Assembly (NCBI GenBank): GCA_965218435.1
Contig: CBDCKW010000009.1
Span: 1,312,001 to 1,376,000 of the forward strand
Direction: 5' to 3'
Length of the DNA stretch: 64,000 nucleotides
DNA from: Truepera sp.
Lineage (GTDB): Bacteria; Deinococcota; Deinococci; Deinococcales; Trueperaceae
Under the pieces are notes generated by a model, which was given only the letters and a program-made list of their open reading frames with translations, did not search any database and was not told the origin of the DNA. Shown here piece after piece: positions 47,512 to 58,355 of this stretch. Position 1 is the stretch's first letter, and the number at the start of each line of letters is the position of its first letter. The position numbers were made by a program, and so were the translations under genes.

Positions 47512-48752
47512 AGCTTTTGTGCTTTCATCCAATCTATTGTCTTCTCCGCCAACCTCCCCATCGCCTCCACCGCCATCTCAATATGCTCTTCCTTCGTATC
47601 TTCAATCTTGTTATGCGAAATCCCGTGCAGGCTCTGCGTAAACATCATCACGGTCGGAATCCCGGCCTGTGCGACCTCGGCGGCGTCGTGGAGCGGCCCG
47701 CTCGGAAGCCGGTGCGAGGTGCCACACGTCTCTTTAATCGCCTCATCGCACAAGTCAACGAGTGTGTCGTCAAACAAAATCGGCGCAATCTGCCAGAGCT
47801 TGTCCCACTTGACGGTGACGTTACCCGCTTCAGCAAAGCGTTCGCTGGCGTCTTTCGCGTCTTGCAGCATGGCGGCGAGGTCGTCCGCGCTCAGGTTTCT
47901 TTGGTCGAGGGTGATGCGGCACTCCTCGACGACGCTCGTAACGATGCCCGGTTTTGTCGTGCAACTGCCGACCGTGCAGACGCCGCCGCGCCGCTCTGTG
48001 ATGGCGTAGACCTCCGGGCTCATCCGGGCAGCCGCTAACAGGGCGTCTTTGCGTTTGTCCATCGGAGTCGAGCCGGAGTGCGCGGCCTGACCGTAAAAGG
48101 TCATGGCGTGACGTTCGACGCCGAAGGTGCCCAAAACCGCGCCGAGCGGCAAGTCCATATCTAAGAGCACCGGCCCCTGTTCGATGTGAAGCTCGAGATA
48201 CGCCGCCGCATTTTCCAATTCTTTATGCGCCTCGTGCATGGTGTCCAAGTCAACGCCGCACCGCTTCAAAGCGTCCGGTAACGTGATGCCGTCTTTGTCG
48301 GTACGACCTCGCTCATCATCCGGGTTCATGGTGCCGCAACACGCCGACGAACCCAAAAGCGAACGCCCGAAACGCGCACCCTCTTCGTCGGCCCAATCTA
48401 CGAGTCGCACCGTAACGGGCGGTTTGCCGCCGTAAACATCGTTTAAGTGACGCACAACTTCGAGCCCTGCCAGCACATTTAAGCACCCGTCCAACCAGCC
48501 GCCGTTCGGCACCGAGTCCATGTGTCCGCCGATGATGAGCACTTTTTCGGATTCACCTTGCAGCGTTGACCAGACGTTGCCCGCCGCGTCCATATGGGTC
48601 TCGAGCGGCAATGCGCCCAATTTTTCCCGGAGCCATTGGCGCGATTCCAGCCAGGTATCGCTCCAGGCGACGCGCTGCGCCCCGTTTTCGTCGCCGGTCA
48701 GGGCGCGGAGGTCTTTAAGTTCAGCGACGGTGCGTTTGGGGTTGAGTGTCAT
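47508..48752 (-). CDS. Zn-dependent amidohydrolase (N-carbamoylase/allantoate amidohydrolase, M20)
   Basis: GHMDSVPNGGWLDG, DEEGARFG, ELHIEQGP, AAHSGSTPM, HDA, GISH. Confidence 0.92.
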   Translation of the reverse strand: MTLNPKRTVAELKDLRALTGDENGAQRVAWSDTWLESRQWLREKLGALPLETHMDAAGNVWSTLQGESEKVLIIGGHMDSVPNGGWLDGCLNVLAGLEVVRHLNDVYGGKPPVTVRLVDWADEEGARFGRSLLGSSACCGTMNPDDERGRTDKDGITLPDALKRCGVDLDTMHEAHKELENAAAYLELHIEQGPVLLDMDLPLGAVLGTFGVERHAMTFYGQAAHSGSTPMDKRKDALLAAARMSPEVYAITERRGGVCTVGSCTTKPGIVTSVVEECRITLDQRNLSADDLAAMLQDAKDASERFAEAGNVTVKWDKLWQIAPILFDDTLVDLCDEAIKETCGTSHRLPSGPLHDAAEVAQAGIPTVMMFTQSLHGISHNKIEDTKEEHIEMAVEAMGRLAEKTIDWMKAQKL

Positions 48753-48849
48753 AGACGATTGTACAGCAGGTAGCAAAGTTGGTCTCCCTGCGGTCGGAGC
48801 TGGTCATAAACGCTCTCACATTGAGTTGAGCCGAGCTAAACACACGCTG

Positions 48850-48887
48850 AAAAAAGTTTACGGCGTTCAAACGTTGAACGCCGTAAA
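48850..48887 (-). terminator. xylA terminator
   Basis: 14-bp perfect stem TTTACGGCGTTCAA-ACG-TTGAACGCCGTAAA with a U tail on the minus strand. Confidence 0.8.
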
Positions 48888-48916
48888 ACCTTTCTAACTG
48901 CAAATATCTGCTGAGG

Positions 48917-50080
48917 TCAGCGGCCTCCCAAAAGCAGTTCTACGGTGAGCTGGTCGAGTTTTTCGAGCCCCGGTCCCCGCGTTCGCAACACCTCAACGTC
49001 AAACGAATAATCTTTAAGCGACTGCGCGTTTTCAGAAGTGAACGTCTGGCTGAGGGACTCGAGCCCTTCATCTCTCACCTTATACGCTGCGATGAGGTCT
49101 TGAATTTCGCTGTCTTCGCTAAACTGCTGCACCTTCTCTTTGAGCAGCAGATACGTCTTCATACACCCTTCGGCGAACGCCCACACCCCGGCCTCGTCTT
49201 CGGTACGTAGGGCGTGCGCGTCGAAGTGCCGCACACCGTCGTACCCGGACTCCTCCAAAAGCTTGACGGTAAAAAACGCGCCTTTGAGGTTTTCCGCCCC
49301 GAACCGCAAATCCTGATCGAAACGGCCTGGTTTTTGGTCGTTCAAATCCACGTGAAAGAGCTTGCCCGCGTCGAGGGCTTGGGCGAGCGCGTGCGGAAAG
49401 GATAGTCCGGCCATCGTCTCGTGGGCAAACTCGGGGTTGACGCCGAACTGTTCGGGCTTAGCGAGCGTCGTGATAAAGCCGAGGGCGCTGCCGACGGTGG
49501 GCAGGTAGATGTCGCCTCTTGGTTCGTTGGGTTTGGGCTCGAGCGCAAACTTAAAACCGTACTCTTGTGCGTCCGAGTACTCCGCCAAAAAGTTGAGCGC
49601 CTCGCGGAAATGCTCGAGCGCGTCCAGCGTATTGCTGCCCGCGTCTACCTCGGCACCTTCACGTCCGCCCCAGAAGACGTAAACCGGTGCGCCGAGTTCA
49701 GCGCCCAAATCCATCGCCTTCATCGTTTTTTGCAGGGCAAAGGCGCGGACTCGTGCGTCAGCGGCGGTAAATGCACCGTCCTTAAAAATGGGGTCGGTAA
49801 AGAGGTTCGTCGTCGCCATCGTGACTTTGAGGCCGGTGTCGTTTAGCGCCTCTTTGAACTCGGCGACGATGCGGTCCCTTTCTTGCAGCGAAGCGTCAAA
49901 CGGCACCAGGTCGTTGTCATGCAGCGAGACCCCGTAAGCCCCTAGCTCAGCGAGCTTTTGCACCGAATAGGTGGGCTTTAAGGGTTTGCGGGTCGGTTCA
50001 CCAAAGGGGTCACGGCCGGGGTTGCCGACGGTCCACAGGCCGAAGGTGAACTTGTCTGAGGGTTGCGGGGTTAGGGTCAT
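48917..50080 (-). CDS. xylA: xylose isomerase (class I)
   Basis: [45 protein letters not shown]. Confidence 0.96.
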   Translation of the reverse strand: MTLTPQPSDKFTFGLWTVGNPGRDPFGEPTRKPLKPTYSVQKLAELGAYGVSLHDNDLVPFDASLQERDRIVAEFKEALNDTGLKVTMATTNLFTDPIFKDGAFTAADARVRAFALQKTMKAMDLGAELGAPVYVFWGGREGAEVDAGSNTLDALEHFREALNFLAEYSDAQEYGFKFALEPKPNEPRGDIYLPTVGSALGFITTLAKPEQFGVNPEFAHETMAGLSFPHALAQALDAGKLFHVDLNDQKPGRFDQDLRFGAENLKGAFFTVKLLEESGYDGVRHFDAHALRTEDEAGVWAFAEGCMKTYLLLKEKVQQFSEDSEIQDLIAAYKVRDEGLESLSQTFTSENAQSLKDYSFDVEVLRTRGPGLEKLDQLTVELLLGGR

Positions 50081-50146
50081 GGCTACTCTCCTGTTCTCGT
50101 TGTTTCTTGTAAGGTACACGCCTCGAGCCAGTTGATAAGTTGACGC

Positions 50147-50645
50147 TCAGTTGCCCAGCTCGAGCTGGGTTTGCGCCTGTCCGACCTGAAGCGTGTAGTT
50201 CCCCAGCAATATTACCGGCTCAGCTCCGCCCAAAATATCGCCTGGGATGACCTCGAAACGCTCCAATGGTACGGCAACGTTGACTGTCCGCTGCTCCCCC
50301 GGTTTTAACGCGACTTTGGCGAAGCCTACCAGTTCTTTTACTGGGGTCAGCACCCCCGGCGGCGGACGGCTCAGATAGACCTGCACGGTCTCGCTACCCG
50401 CCATTTTGCCTGTGTTCTCGACCTCTACGCTGACCTTGACGGTTTTACCCTCGAGCACTGCACTCAAGCTCTGCTGCGTTGGGTGTAGCTGAGGCTGTAA
50501 CCCCCCCACCCAATGCGTGAAGCGAGTCGTGGCTCCTGGTAGTGCGTCGTAGGTAAGCGGCAGCTGCCGTGTGTTTGGGCCAGCTAAAAGGCAACTGACC
50601 GCTCGGATTTCCTTGACCAAAAACGTCGGCAACTGCTGTGTCCCT
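50147..50645 (-). pseudogene. C-terminal remnant of a GH3 beta-xylosidase/glucosidase
   Basis: Across shifting frames: AVADVFGQGNPSGQLPFSWP, QLPLTY, GYSLSYT, then the Fn3-like VENTG...ETVQVY...KELVGFAKVALKPGE. Confidence 0.85.
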
Positions 50646-50817
50646 GAGCCTAAGCTGTTTGGTTTGAGCGTGAGGTTCGCACGAGGCTGCCGGATCCGGC
50701 TACCGCACGTTGTCACAAGCTGTGACCGTCCGCTCGAGACCAGAAACTGCTGAGCCGCAACTTGCCACCACGACCCGGTACGGGGGCTCGAGGCGGTGGA
50801 GCTGTAAGTGTTGTAGC

Positions 50818-51573
50818 TCAGGCCGACCTATCTTGGCCCAAGATAATCATGCTCAACACTTCGTCTTGGGTGACATCTTGGGTGCGGTGCGTCCCGACGA
50901 GCCGCCCATTATGCATCACGCTGATCCGGTCGGTTAGGTTAAAGACGTCGTGGATATCGTGGCTGATCAAAAAGATGCCGAGCCCTTCGCGTTTAAGTTG
51001 CGCAATCAGTTCGCCCACCTTTTGGGTCTCTTGCGGACCTAACGCGGCGGTCGGCTCGTCCATAATCAAGACTTTAGCGTTAAAGTAAACCGCTCTGCCA
51101 ATCGCAATTGCCTGACGCTGACCGCCGGAAAAGTTTCGTACCGGGTCACGCAGGGAGCCGATTTTGAGGTCTAAACGGTCTAAAATCTTGCGGGTTTCAC
51201 CCTCCATCTTGTCGTCGTCCACCGCGCCGAACGCACCTGTAAGCTCGCGCCCTAAAAAGATATTGGCGGACGCGGTGAGGTTGTCCGCTAGGGCCAGCGC
51301 CTGATAGATAGTTTCAATGCCGTACTTTTTGGCGTCTTTGGGGGTGCGAATAGTCGCGGGTTGTCCGGCGACCCGAATCTCGCCTTCGTCAGCGGTATAG
51401 GCTCCCGAAAGGATTTTAATCAGGGTGCTTTTACCCGCGCCGTTGTGCCCTAAAAGTCCCAACACCTCACCGGGATAGAGGTCGATAGACACGTCCTCTA
51501 CGGCGTGAACGCCGCCGAACGACTTAGAGATGTGGTGCATTTCGATCAGGGGCGTGCTTGTATCGGTGCTCAC
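50818..51573 (-). CDS. xylG: xylose ABC transporter ATPase (single domain)
   Basis: [28 protein letters not shown]; located between xylH and xylA. Confidence 0.85.
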   Translation of the reverse strand: MSTDTSTPLIEMHHISKSFGGVHAVEDVSIDLYPGEVLGLLGHNGAGKSTLIKILSGAYTADEGEIRVAGQPATIRTPKDAKKYGIETIYQALALADNLTASANIFLGRELTGAFGAVDDDKMEGETRKILDRLDLKIGSLRDPVRNFSGGQRQAIAIGRAVYFNAKVLIMDEPTAALGPQETQKVGELIAQLKREGLGIFLISHDIHDVFNLTDRISVMHNGRLVGTHRTQDVTQDEVLSMIILGQDRSA

Positions 51574-51574
51574 C

Positions 51575-52831
51575 CTAGTCAGCTGCCAGACCACTGCGGC
51601 GGCGGTAGATAACGTCAAGCCAGACTGCGACGATCAGGACGCCGCCGATCACAACTTGTTGCAGGGGGCTCGAGAGTCCCACCAAAACCATCCCGCTCTG
51701 CAAACTCTGCATCAAAAGAGCGCCCAACATTGCGCCAGCGATGGTGCCGTAGCCGCCCGCGAGTGAGGTGCCGCCGATCACCACAGCGGCGATCACATAA
51801 AGTTCGGTCAGCGTTCCCGTCGAGTTGGCCCCGGCATTGAGGCGGGCTGACGCAACGGCTCCGGCCACCGCGCAGAGCATCCCGATAATGACAAACATCC
51901 AGAGCCGCACCTGTTTGGTGTCAACCCCGGCCAGCGCGGTCGCTTCAGGATTACCGCCGAGCGCGTAGACGTAACGCCCGAAGCGGGTCTGGCTCGCCAC
52001 ATAGTTCATCAGCAGGGCAATGACAATCGTAATCAGCGCAGGTACGGGAATCCCCCGCGGAATATCGCTACGCGGCTGTGTATAGGCGTTCATCAGCACC
52101 ACGAATCCGGCAATCAAGCCGATGCTGACTAAAAGCGTGACCCCTTCAGCCCAAAGCGGTTTGACGGGAAACTCGAGCCGTTGCCGTTTGGCGCGGCCCC
52201 GCAAGGTACTGATCAGGAGCGCCAAAATAGCGACGCCGCCGACGACCCAGCTCCACGTCCCACCAATCGAGCCGCTACCGAGGGTTTGAAACGGCGCGTC
52301 GAGCGGCGCGACCGTGCGCCCCTGCGTAACGAGCCACGCGCCGCCGCGCCAGATCAGGAGACCCGCCAGCGTCACGATAAACGACGGCACCCCCTGATAC
52401 GCGATCCAGTACCCTTGAAACGCGCCGACCAGACCGCCGATTAAAACACCTAAAAGTACGCCGATAAGCCAACCGAGCGGGATATTGGGCGCTAACCACT
52501 CGACCTGCGTGGCCGCCATGATCATCCCCAAAAAGCCGAGCAGTGAACCGACCGAGAGGTCAATCTGCCGGGTGACGATAACCAAGACCATCCCGGTAGC
52601 GACGATACCGACGACGCTCGCCTGCACGACTAGGTTCCAAAGGTTGCGCGGCGTTAAAAAGGTGCCGTCGGTTACGGCGTTAAAGATCAGCCAGATAACG
52701 AGCAGTGCGCCGACCATACCGAGCAGCCGGGGGTCAAGCTCGAGCGCCCCCAACAAGCCGCCGAAACCGCCCTTAGGCTTCTCAGCTGGCGTCTTCTTAT
52801 CTCGAACAACCATTTTACCCTCTTGGTCCAT
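51575..52831 (-). CDS. xylH: xylose ABC transporter permease
   Basis: [32 protein letters not shown]. Confidence 0.88.
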   Translation of the reverse strand: MDQEGKMVVRDKKTPAEKPKGGFGGLLGALELDPRLLGMVGALLVIWLIFNAVTDGTFLTPRNLWNLVVQASVVGIVATGMVLVIVTRQIDLSVGSLLGFLGMIMAATQVEWLAPNIPLGWLIGVLLGVLIGGLVGAFQGYWIAYQGVPSFIVTLAGLLIWRGGAWLVTQGRTVAPLDAPFQTLGSGSIGGTWSWVVGGVAILALLISTLRGRAKRQRLEFPVKPLWAEGVTLLVSIGLIAGFVVLMNAYTQPRSDIPRGIPVPALITIVIALLMNYVASQTRFGRYVYALGGNPEATALAGVDTKQVRLWMFVIIGMLCAVAGAVASARLNAGANSTGTLTELYVIAAVVIGGTSLAGGYGTIAGAMLGALLMQSLQSGMVLVGLSSPLQQVVIGGVLIVAVWLDVIYRRRSGLAAD

Positions 52832-53041
52832 AAAATAAATATAGCGGTTTCCGTAGTTACCAAGCTAGCTTTTCGCTTAGGTCATTCCGGCTTTGCCGAG
52901 GAAAGCAGCTCGTAGGGGTACAGTGCTTACCCGCTTAGCTCGGCTCAAACCAGCTGACGCATGCCCCCAAGTGCCTACCAGGGTATACCTGCGCTATGTA
53001 GAGGAGAGCCGTCCACCTTGTAGGGGAGGGGTCATTCTGAC

Positions 53042-53153
53042 TAGAACCTATCTCAAAAATGGCTTTTCAGACCGAGAGCGTCCCATTTTACTCGCTTAGC
53101 TCGGTCAACCCCTCTTAGACCGAGGCCCAAAAGGGGTTTTGAGATGACTTCAA
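53042..53153. mobile_element. possible degenerate MITE
   Basis: Imperfect terminal inverted repeats TAGAACCTATCTCAAAA / TTTTGAGATGACTTCAA (13/17) around an internal hairpin CTCGGTC...GACCGAG. Confidence 0.4.
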
Positions 53154-53174
53154 AGTAGACGGCTTCCGCTTAGT

Positions 53175-54194
53175 TTACTGACACGCGCTCGGCGCGTCGG
53201 CTCCTGTAACACCCTTACAGACATCCGCTTTGGGAATCCAACCCGCGTCAATTACGACATCTAGGTTGTCGCGGGTGATCGGCACCGGCTTGAGCAAGAT
53301 AGCGTTCATCTCGGTACCGTTGGGACCACCATTAAAGGTCGTCGCCCCTTCGACGTCGGTGAGGGCTGCGCCACCCGCTAAGGACATCGCAATTTCAGCA
53401 GCTTTGGCACCCAACGTGCGCGAATCTTTCCAGACACTGACGGTTTGCGTGCCGAGGGCAATGCGGTTGAGTGCGGCGAAGTCCGCGTCTTGACCTGAAA
53501 CGGGGAGACCCTCGAGCCCCTGCGCCGTCAGCGCCGCAACGACGCCCCCGGCCGTGCCGTCGTTCGAGGCGACCACGGCGTCCACGTTGTTGTTGTTCGC
53601 CGTCAAAATCTGCTCCATGTTGCGCTGCGCGTTTTCGGGCAACCAGCCGTCGGTGTACTGTTCGCCGACGACCTTGATATCCCCGCTGTCAATTGCGCTT
53701 TGCAACACCTCGAGCTGCCCTTGGTGCAAAAAGTCGGCGTTGGGATCGGTCGGGCTGCCTTTGATAAAAACGTAGTTACCGGTCGGTTGTACGTCAAACA
53801 CAGCCTGAGCCTGGAGCCGCCCGACCTCGACGTTATCGAACGTCAGGTAAAACACGCTCGGGTCTTCGATCAGCCGGTCGTAGGCGATCACGGGGATGCC
53901 TTCTTGGGCGGCGCGGGTTACCGCCGGGATGATGGCCTCGTTGTCTTGCGCCAGGATAATGAGCGCGTCCACACCGCGCGTAATCAGCGCGTCAATATCC
54001 GAAAGCTGTTTTTCCGGCGAGCTCTGCGCGTCGGCGCTCAGGTACTTGCCGCCGAGTTCGGCAAGTTTGGCCTTGATCGCCGCCTCGTCGGTTTTCCAAC
54101 GCTCCTCTTGAAAGTTCGACCAGCTGACGCCGATGGTCTGCGCCGACGCCGCCGCGCACAGTGCAAAAAGTCCGATAATCAACACTCGCTTCAT
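53175..54194 (-). CDS. xylF: D-xylose ABC substrate-binding protein
   Basis: [44 protein letters not shown]. Confidence 0.92.
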   Translation of the reverse strand: MKRVLIIGLFALCAAASAQTIGVSWSNFQEERWKTDEAAIKAKLAELGGKYLSADAQSSPEKQLSDIDALITRGVDALIILAQDNEAIIPAVTRAAQEGIPVIAYDRLIEDPSVFYLTFDNVEVGRLQAQAVFDVQPTGNYVFIKGSPTDPNADFLHQGQLEVLQSAIDSGDIKVVGEQYTDGWLPENAQRNMEQILTANNNNVDAVVASNDGTAGGVVAALTAQGLEGLPVSGQDADFAALNRIALGTQTVSVWKDSRTLGAKAAEIAMSLAGGAALTDVEGATTFNGGPNGTEMNAILLKPVPITRDNLDVVIDAGWIPKADVCKGVTGADAPSACQ

Positions 54195-54361
54195 CGTGTA
54201 TCCCTTCCAATCTCCAGTTAGACGTGCAGCAAACACCCATGCGGGCGTCGTTGCTCTTTTTAGCCCCCGCGTTACACCTCGCTACACCTTTGCACCTTGT
54301 ACCAACACGTCTCGTACCGATACCCCTCGTACCAAACTGCTCTACCGTACTTAAAGCGTGT

Positions 54362-54414
54362 ATTTAGTTAGTTAAGCCAAGATGTACTTTATCCAGTCGG
54401 TAGAAGTGTGTCAA
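54362..54414 (-). promoter_or_regulatory. xyl operon promoter with a downstream operator-like site
   Basis: Minus strand TTGACA (54414-54409)-N17-TAAAGT (54391-54386), then AACTAACTAA resembling a ROK/XylR half-site. Confidence 0.72.
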
Positions 54415-54457
54415 GTGATTCGCCTCGAGGCCCTTCAGTCACAGCTTTACGCCAGCC

Positions 54458-55615
54458 TTAAGGCCGACGCCACCGCGCGTCTGTCCACTTCTGGGTACTC
54501 TGGGAACTCTCGACCGTCTTTTCGATAAAATGTACGCCCCGTGCCCCGTCGTAAACGGTCGGAAAGTCGAGCGCGTCGGCTGGAACCGTGCCCCCTTCTT
54601 GACGCGCCCGCATCGCCGCTGCCGCGCCCCGGTAGACGTTCGCAAACGCTTCTAAAAAGGCTTCGGGGTGGCCGGGGGGAAGGCGTGAGGCCCGCTGAGC
54701 CGCTTCACTCAGGTACGCGTTGCCCGGTTTTCTGAGCTGCACCGGCTCGCCGTTCGGTTTGACGAGCAGGTTCATCGGCTCTTCTTGGTGCCACTCGAGC
54801 CCCCCCGTTTCGCCGTAAACCCGGAGCCGGAGTCCGTTTTCTTCACCGCTCGAGATTTGCGAGGCAACCAGCACGCCTTTCGCGCCGCCTTCAAAGCGTA
54901 AGAGCAGATTACCGTCATCATCGAGTTGCCGTCCTGGAACAAAGCTGGTCAGGTCGGCGCAGATACTGTGGAGCCCTAACCCCGTGACATACGAAACGAG
55001 CTGCTCGGCGTGAGAGCCGATGTCCCCGATGGCCCCGGCGACACCACTTTTGGCCGGGTCGGTGCGCCAGTCGGCCTGTTTATTTGACACCTCTTCAGCG
55101 AGCCAGCCCTGATTGTATTCGACGATGACTTTGCGGATGTTGCCCAACTGTCCCGAACTGACTAGGTGTTTGGCCTCTTTGATCATTGGATAACCCGAAT
55201 AGTTATAGGTCACGGCGAAGACGACGCCGGTTTTTTCCACGGCGGCAATCAGTTCGTTTGCCTGCTCGCTCGTATGGACCAGCGGTTTGTCCGATATAAC
55301 GTTAAACCCGGCATTGGCAAACGCGTGTGCAACCGGAAAGTGCATGTGGTTGGGCGTGACGACCGAGACAAAATCTATCCGTTCGTCTTCAGGGAGCGCC
55401 TGCTCACCGTCCAACATCTCTTCCCACGAGCCGTACGCCCGGTTTTTAGAGAGTCCCAACTCAATCCCGGACGCCTTCGCTTTCTCCGGTGTCGACGAGA
55501 GCGCCCCCGCCACAAAGTCAATCTGACCGTCTAACGCCGCCGCCATCCGGTGAACTGCGCCGATAAACGCGTCTTTGCCGCCGCCGACCATACCCATTTT
55601 AAGCTTCGCCGTCAT
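54458..55615 (-). CDS. Gfo/Idh/MocA family oxidoreductase
   Basis: GMVGGG..AFIGAVH, VTPNHMH, DKP, WRTDP, DIGSH, PPGHPE. Confidence 0.9.
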   Translation of the reverse strand: MTAKLKMGMVGGGKDAFIGAVHRMAAALDGQIDFVAGALSSTPEKAKASGIELGLSKNRAYGSWEEMLDGEQALPEDERIDFVSVVTPNHMHFPVAHAFANAGFNVISDKPLVHTSEQANELIAAVEKTGVVFAVTYNYSGYPMIKEAKHLVSSGQLGNIRKVIVEYNQGWLAEEVSNKQADWRTDPAKSGVAGAIGDIGSHAEQLVSYVTGLGLHSICADLTSFVPGRQLDDDGNLLLRFEGGAKGVLVASQISSGEENGLRLRVYGETGGLEWHQEEPMNLLVKPNGEPVQLRKPGNAYLSEAAQRASRLPPGHPEAFLEAFANVYRGAAAAMRARQEGGTVPADALDFPTVYDGARGVHFIEKTVESSQSTQKWTDARWRRP

Positions 55616-56145
55616 TTTGCCTCCTGTAACCACGTAAGAATGCGCTCTAAGTTTTGCTCGAGCGGTAACACCGTATCAATTTGCAGCCTCGGATAATCAG
55701 TTGCTAAAAACATCTGGTTTTTAGACCGCCTGCGGTAGAGCAGAAAGGTTGTCCAGCGTTTGACCCTTTGCGCGGGTCGCCGTGTCCGAGTTTCGATGCG
55801 TTTGCGCCACACCTCATCGTCCAAACAGTGACAGTCTACAAGCCGGACCTTTGCCCCGGTTGTGCTCGAGATGATTGCGGCGTGGCCGTACCCCTCGGGA
55901 CCGGTTAAAGGACTGTCGCAAATCACGCTGAACCCCTGTTTTGAGAGGTTTAGGGCAATACCGAACATAGCTTCGTAGGCGAGAGGGCCGGATTTGCGAA
56001 CACGGCGGCTTAAAACGTCGTTGATGTCGTCTTTATCAACGACCGGCCAGCCCAGCCGCTCACCCAGCGCGAGGCTCAACGTTGTTTTGCCCGACGCCAT
56101 AAGGCCCCGCATAAGTAGAAGGGTCAGCTGAGCTGTCTTATCCAC
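55612..56145 (-). CDS. small P-loop kinase (AAA_33-like), copy 2
   Basis: [20 protein letters not shown]. Confidence 0.82.
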   Translation of the reverse strand: MDKTAQLTLLLMRGLMASGKTTLSLALGERLGWPVVDKDDINDVLSRRVRKSGPLAYEAMFGIALNLSKQGFSVICDSPLTGPEGYGHAAIISSTTGAKVRLVDCHCLDDEVWRKRIETRTRRPAQRVKRWTTFLLYRRRSKNQMFLATDYPRLQIDTVLPLEQNLERILTWLQEAK

Positions 56146-56148
56146 GGC

Positions 56149-56679
56149 TTAACTACGACCTGCCGGTCTACCAAGCCATGTAATTACTTCTTCTGTCAGC
56201 TGCTCGAGCGGTCCTGCCATATCTACCTCAAGGATAGGTGCTTTGATGGAATAGTCAAAACCGCCTGAAGCTTGCTGTCTATATCTGCTGAGGTCGGCCC
56301 AGGTTTTGATGACGTGCGCGGGGCGTTTGTGGCGGGTCTCGAGCCTTACCTTCCACACGGCTTCGTCTGAAAGTACGCAGCCTAAAACACGCAGCTCTGC
56401 TCCCGTTTGTCTTGCTGATGCTTCCGCACGCAACCCTCCTACCTCGCCGCGTAGAGGGCTGTCACAAATGACGCTAAACCCTCGCTGTAACAAGCTCTTA
56501 GCTACCGAAAACATGCTGTCATAGGCAAGTGGGCCGTAATGCTCTACGTGCATCATCAGTACGTCTGAAAAGTCGTCCTTATCAACGACGGGCCAACCTA
56601 GGCGCTTACCCAAGTTCCGGCTTAAGGTGCTTTTGCCGATCCCGACCGGGCCTCTGAGCACAAGTAGGTACGGCTTCAT
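56149..56679 (-). CDS. small P-loop kinase (AAA_33-like), copy 1
   Basis: GPVGIGKST, DKDD, SVICDSP. Confidence 0.82.
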   Translation of the reverse strand: MKPYLLVLRGPVGIGKSTLSRNLGKRLGWPVVDKDDFSDVLMMHVEHYGPLAYDSMFSVAKSLLQRGFSVICDSPLRGEVGGLRAEASARQTGAELRVLGCVLSDEAVWKVRLETRHKRPAHVIKTWADLSRYRQQASGGFDYSIKAPILEVDMAGPLEQLTEEVITWLGRPAGRS

Positions 56680-56726
56680 CCCCGTGTTGTTTCCGTAGCT
56701 GCGTAGCGTTCAAGCATCCACAACCT

Positions 56727-57272
56727 CTATAAAATGGTCTTATCGTACAGCTCAGCAAAACTTAGCGTTGCGTCCACACAAGGAACGAACAGCGCATCGT
56801 CTTCGCTGAAAACACGCTCTTCCCAGCTGCCCGACTGCCGGTAATAGCCTGTCACCTCGCGTTTACGGGATTCGACCATCAAGTAGAGGTGTAGGCTCTC
56901 CAAAGCCAGGTAAGAAAAGCGTTTCTCGAGCCTGTCTTTACGCGCGGTAGACGGGCTGACGACCTCGACAATCACGCATGGTGACGTCTCAAAAAAGTCA
57001 TCCGCCAGGGGTTCACACACGACCATCGCATCGGGATAGTAAAAAAGTCGGTTTTCAACCCGGAGCTTCATGTCGCTGCCGTAAACGCGGCAATCCTGTC
57101 CGGCAGCGCCTACTAACAGATGCACGATGTTCGCGCAGATGACGTTGTGCGTGACGCTGCCCCCGGCTAGGGCAAAAACCTCACCGTAGACGTATTCGTG
57201 ACGAACGTCCGCACCGTCTTCAGCCTCGAGGTATTCGTCTACCGGGACTTCCGTGATGAGCCGCGCCCGCGT
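56727..57272 (-). CDS. Uma2 family endonuclease-fold protein with a non-canonical or mutated start (ACG)
   Basis: DEYLEAE...RHEYVYGEVFALAGGS..HN, YYPD, IVEVVSPST..KDR.EK; no ATG/GTG/TTG in frame upstream of the conserved N-terminal part. Confidence 0.8.
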   Translation of the reverse strand, partial: TRARLITEVPVDEYLEAEDGADVRHEYVYGEVFALAGGSVTHNVICANIVHLLVGAAGQDCRVYGSDMKLRVENRLFYYPDAMVVCEPLADDFFETSPCVIVEVVSPSTARKDRLEKRFSYLALESLHLYLMVESRKREVTGYYRQSGSWEERVFSEDDALFVPCVDATLSFAELYDKTIL

Positions 57273-57281
57273 AACGTCAGG

Positions 57282-58283
57282 TTACTCGCGCCCGAACGCC
57301 GCGTCGAACGCCCCGCCTGCAGGCGCAAAGTCGAGCTTTTTCGTAAACGCTGCCGATTCGGTGCCGCCGTGAACGCGGTCCATGCGTGAGTCTTCCCACT
57401 CGATACTTAAGGGGCCGTCGTAGCCGATGTCGTTTAAGGCCACGATGATGGTCTCGAAGTTGATGTCGCCGCGCCCGACGCTGCGAAAATCCCAGTAGCG
57501 GCGCGGGTCGCCGAAGTCGGTATGCCCGCCAAAGACTCCCGCCTCGCCGGTGCCGTGTCCCCACCAAGCGTCTTTCATATGGACGTGAAAGATGCGGTCA
57601 CTGAATTCGTAGATAAATTTGACGTAATCCACGCCCTGGTAGCCCAAATGCGACGGGTCGTAGTTAAAGCCGAAGCGTTTGTGCTGGTTCACGGCTTCTA
57701 GCGCCCGTTTTGCCGAGGCGATGTCGAAGGCGATTTCAGTGGGGTGAACCTCGAGCCCGAAGTTGATGTCCTCTTGGTCAAAAACCTCTAAAATCGGCGT
57801 CCAGCGGTCCGCAAAATCTTCAAACCCTTTGTCCCAATACGCCTGCGTCGTCGGCGGAAAGGCGTACAAACTGCCCCAAATCGAAGAGCCCGTAAAGCCG
57901 TTCACTATACCCACACCAAATTTAGCTGCCGCCCTCGCCGTGTCTTTCAGCTCGTCAGCGGCGCGTTGCCGGACGCCTTCAGGGTCACCGTCGCCCCAAA
58001 CGTGTTCGGGCACAATCGCTTTATGCCGCTCATCAATCGGGTCGCAGACCGCCTGACCGACCAGGTGATTTGAAATGGCGTAGCACTTGAGGTCGTGTTC
58101 GGCTAACAGGTCGTGGCGGCCCTGCGCATAATCGGGTTCAGAAAGGGCTTTTTGTACGTCGAAGTGGTCGCCCCAGCAGGCGAGCTCGAGGCCGTCGTAG
58201 CCCATCTGTTTAGCTAAGGGTGCGAGTTCGGCTAACGGAAGGTCGGCCCATTGGCCGGTAAATAAAGTGACGGGTCGTGCCAT
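57282..58283 (-). CDS. sugar phosphate isomerase/epimerase-family TIM-barrel protein (IolE/XylA-like)
   Basis: [39 protein letters not shown]. Confidence 0.9.
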   Translation of the reverse strand: MARPVTLFTGQWADLPLAELAPLAKQMGYDGLELACWGDHFDVQKALSEPDYAQGRHDLLAEHDLKCYAISNHLVGQAVCDPIDERHKAIVPEHVWGDGDPEGVRQRAADELKDTARAAAKFGVGIVNGFTGSSIWGSLYAFPPTTQAYWDKGFEDFADRWTPILEVFDQEDINFGLEVHPTEIAFDIASAKRALEAVNQHKRFGFNYDPSHLGYQGVDYVKFIYEFSDRIFHVHMKDAWWGHGTGEAGVFGGHTDFGDPRRYWDFRSVGRGDINFETIIVALNDIGYDGPLSIEWEDSRMDRVHGGTESAAFTKKLDFAPAGGAFDAAFGRE

Positions 58284-58355
58284 AAAACTCCAATCGTTAC
58301 GGTAGGTTTGACGTCTCTACGGTTAGGGCGCTCTATCTGCCTTGATACTTGCTTG

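Noticed and set aside
48826..52948. Identical 14-bp inverted repeat TTGAGCCGAGCTAA flanking xylH-xylA as a possible invertible segment
   Set aside because: One 14-bp match among all intergenic pairs is plausible by chance; no invertase nearby and the operon orientation is coherent
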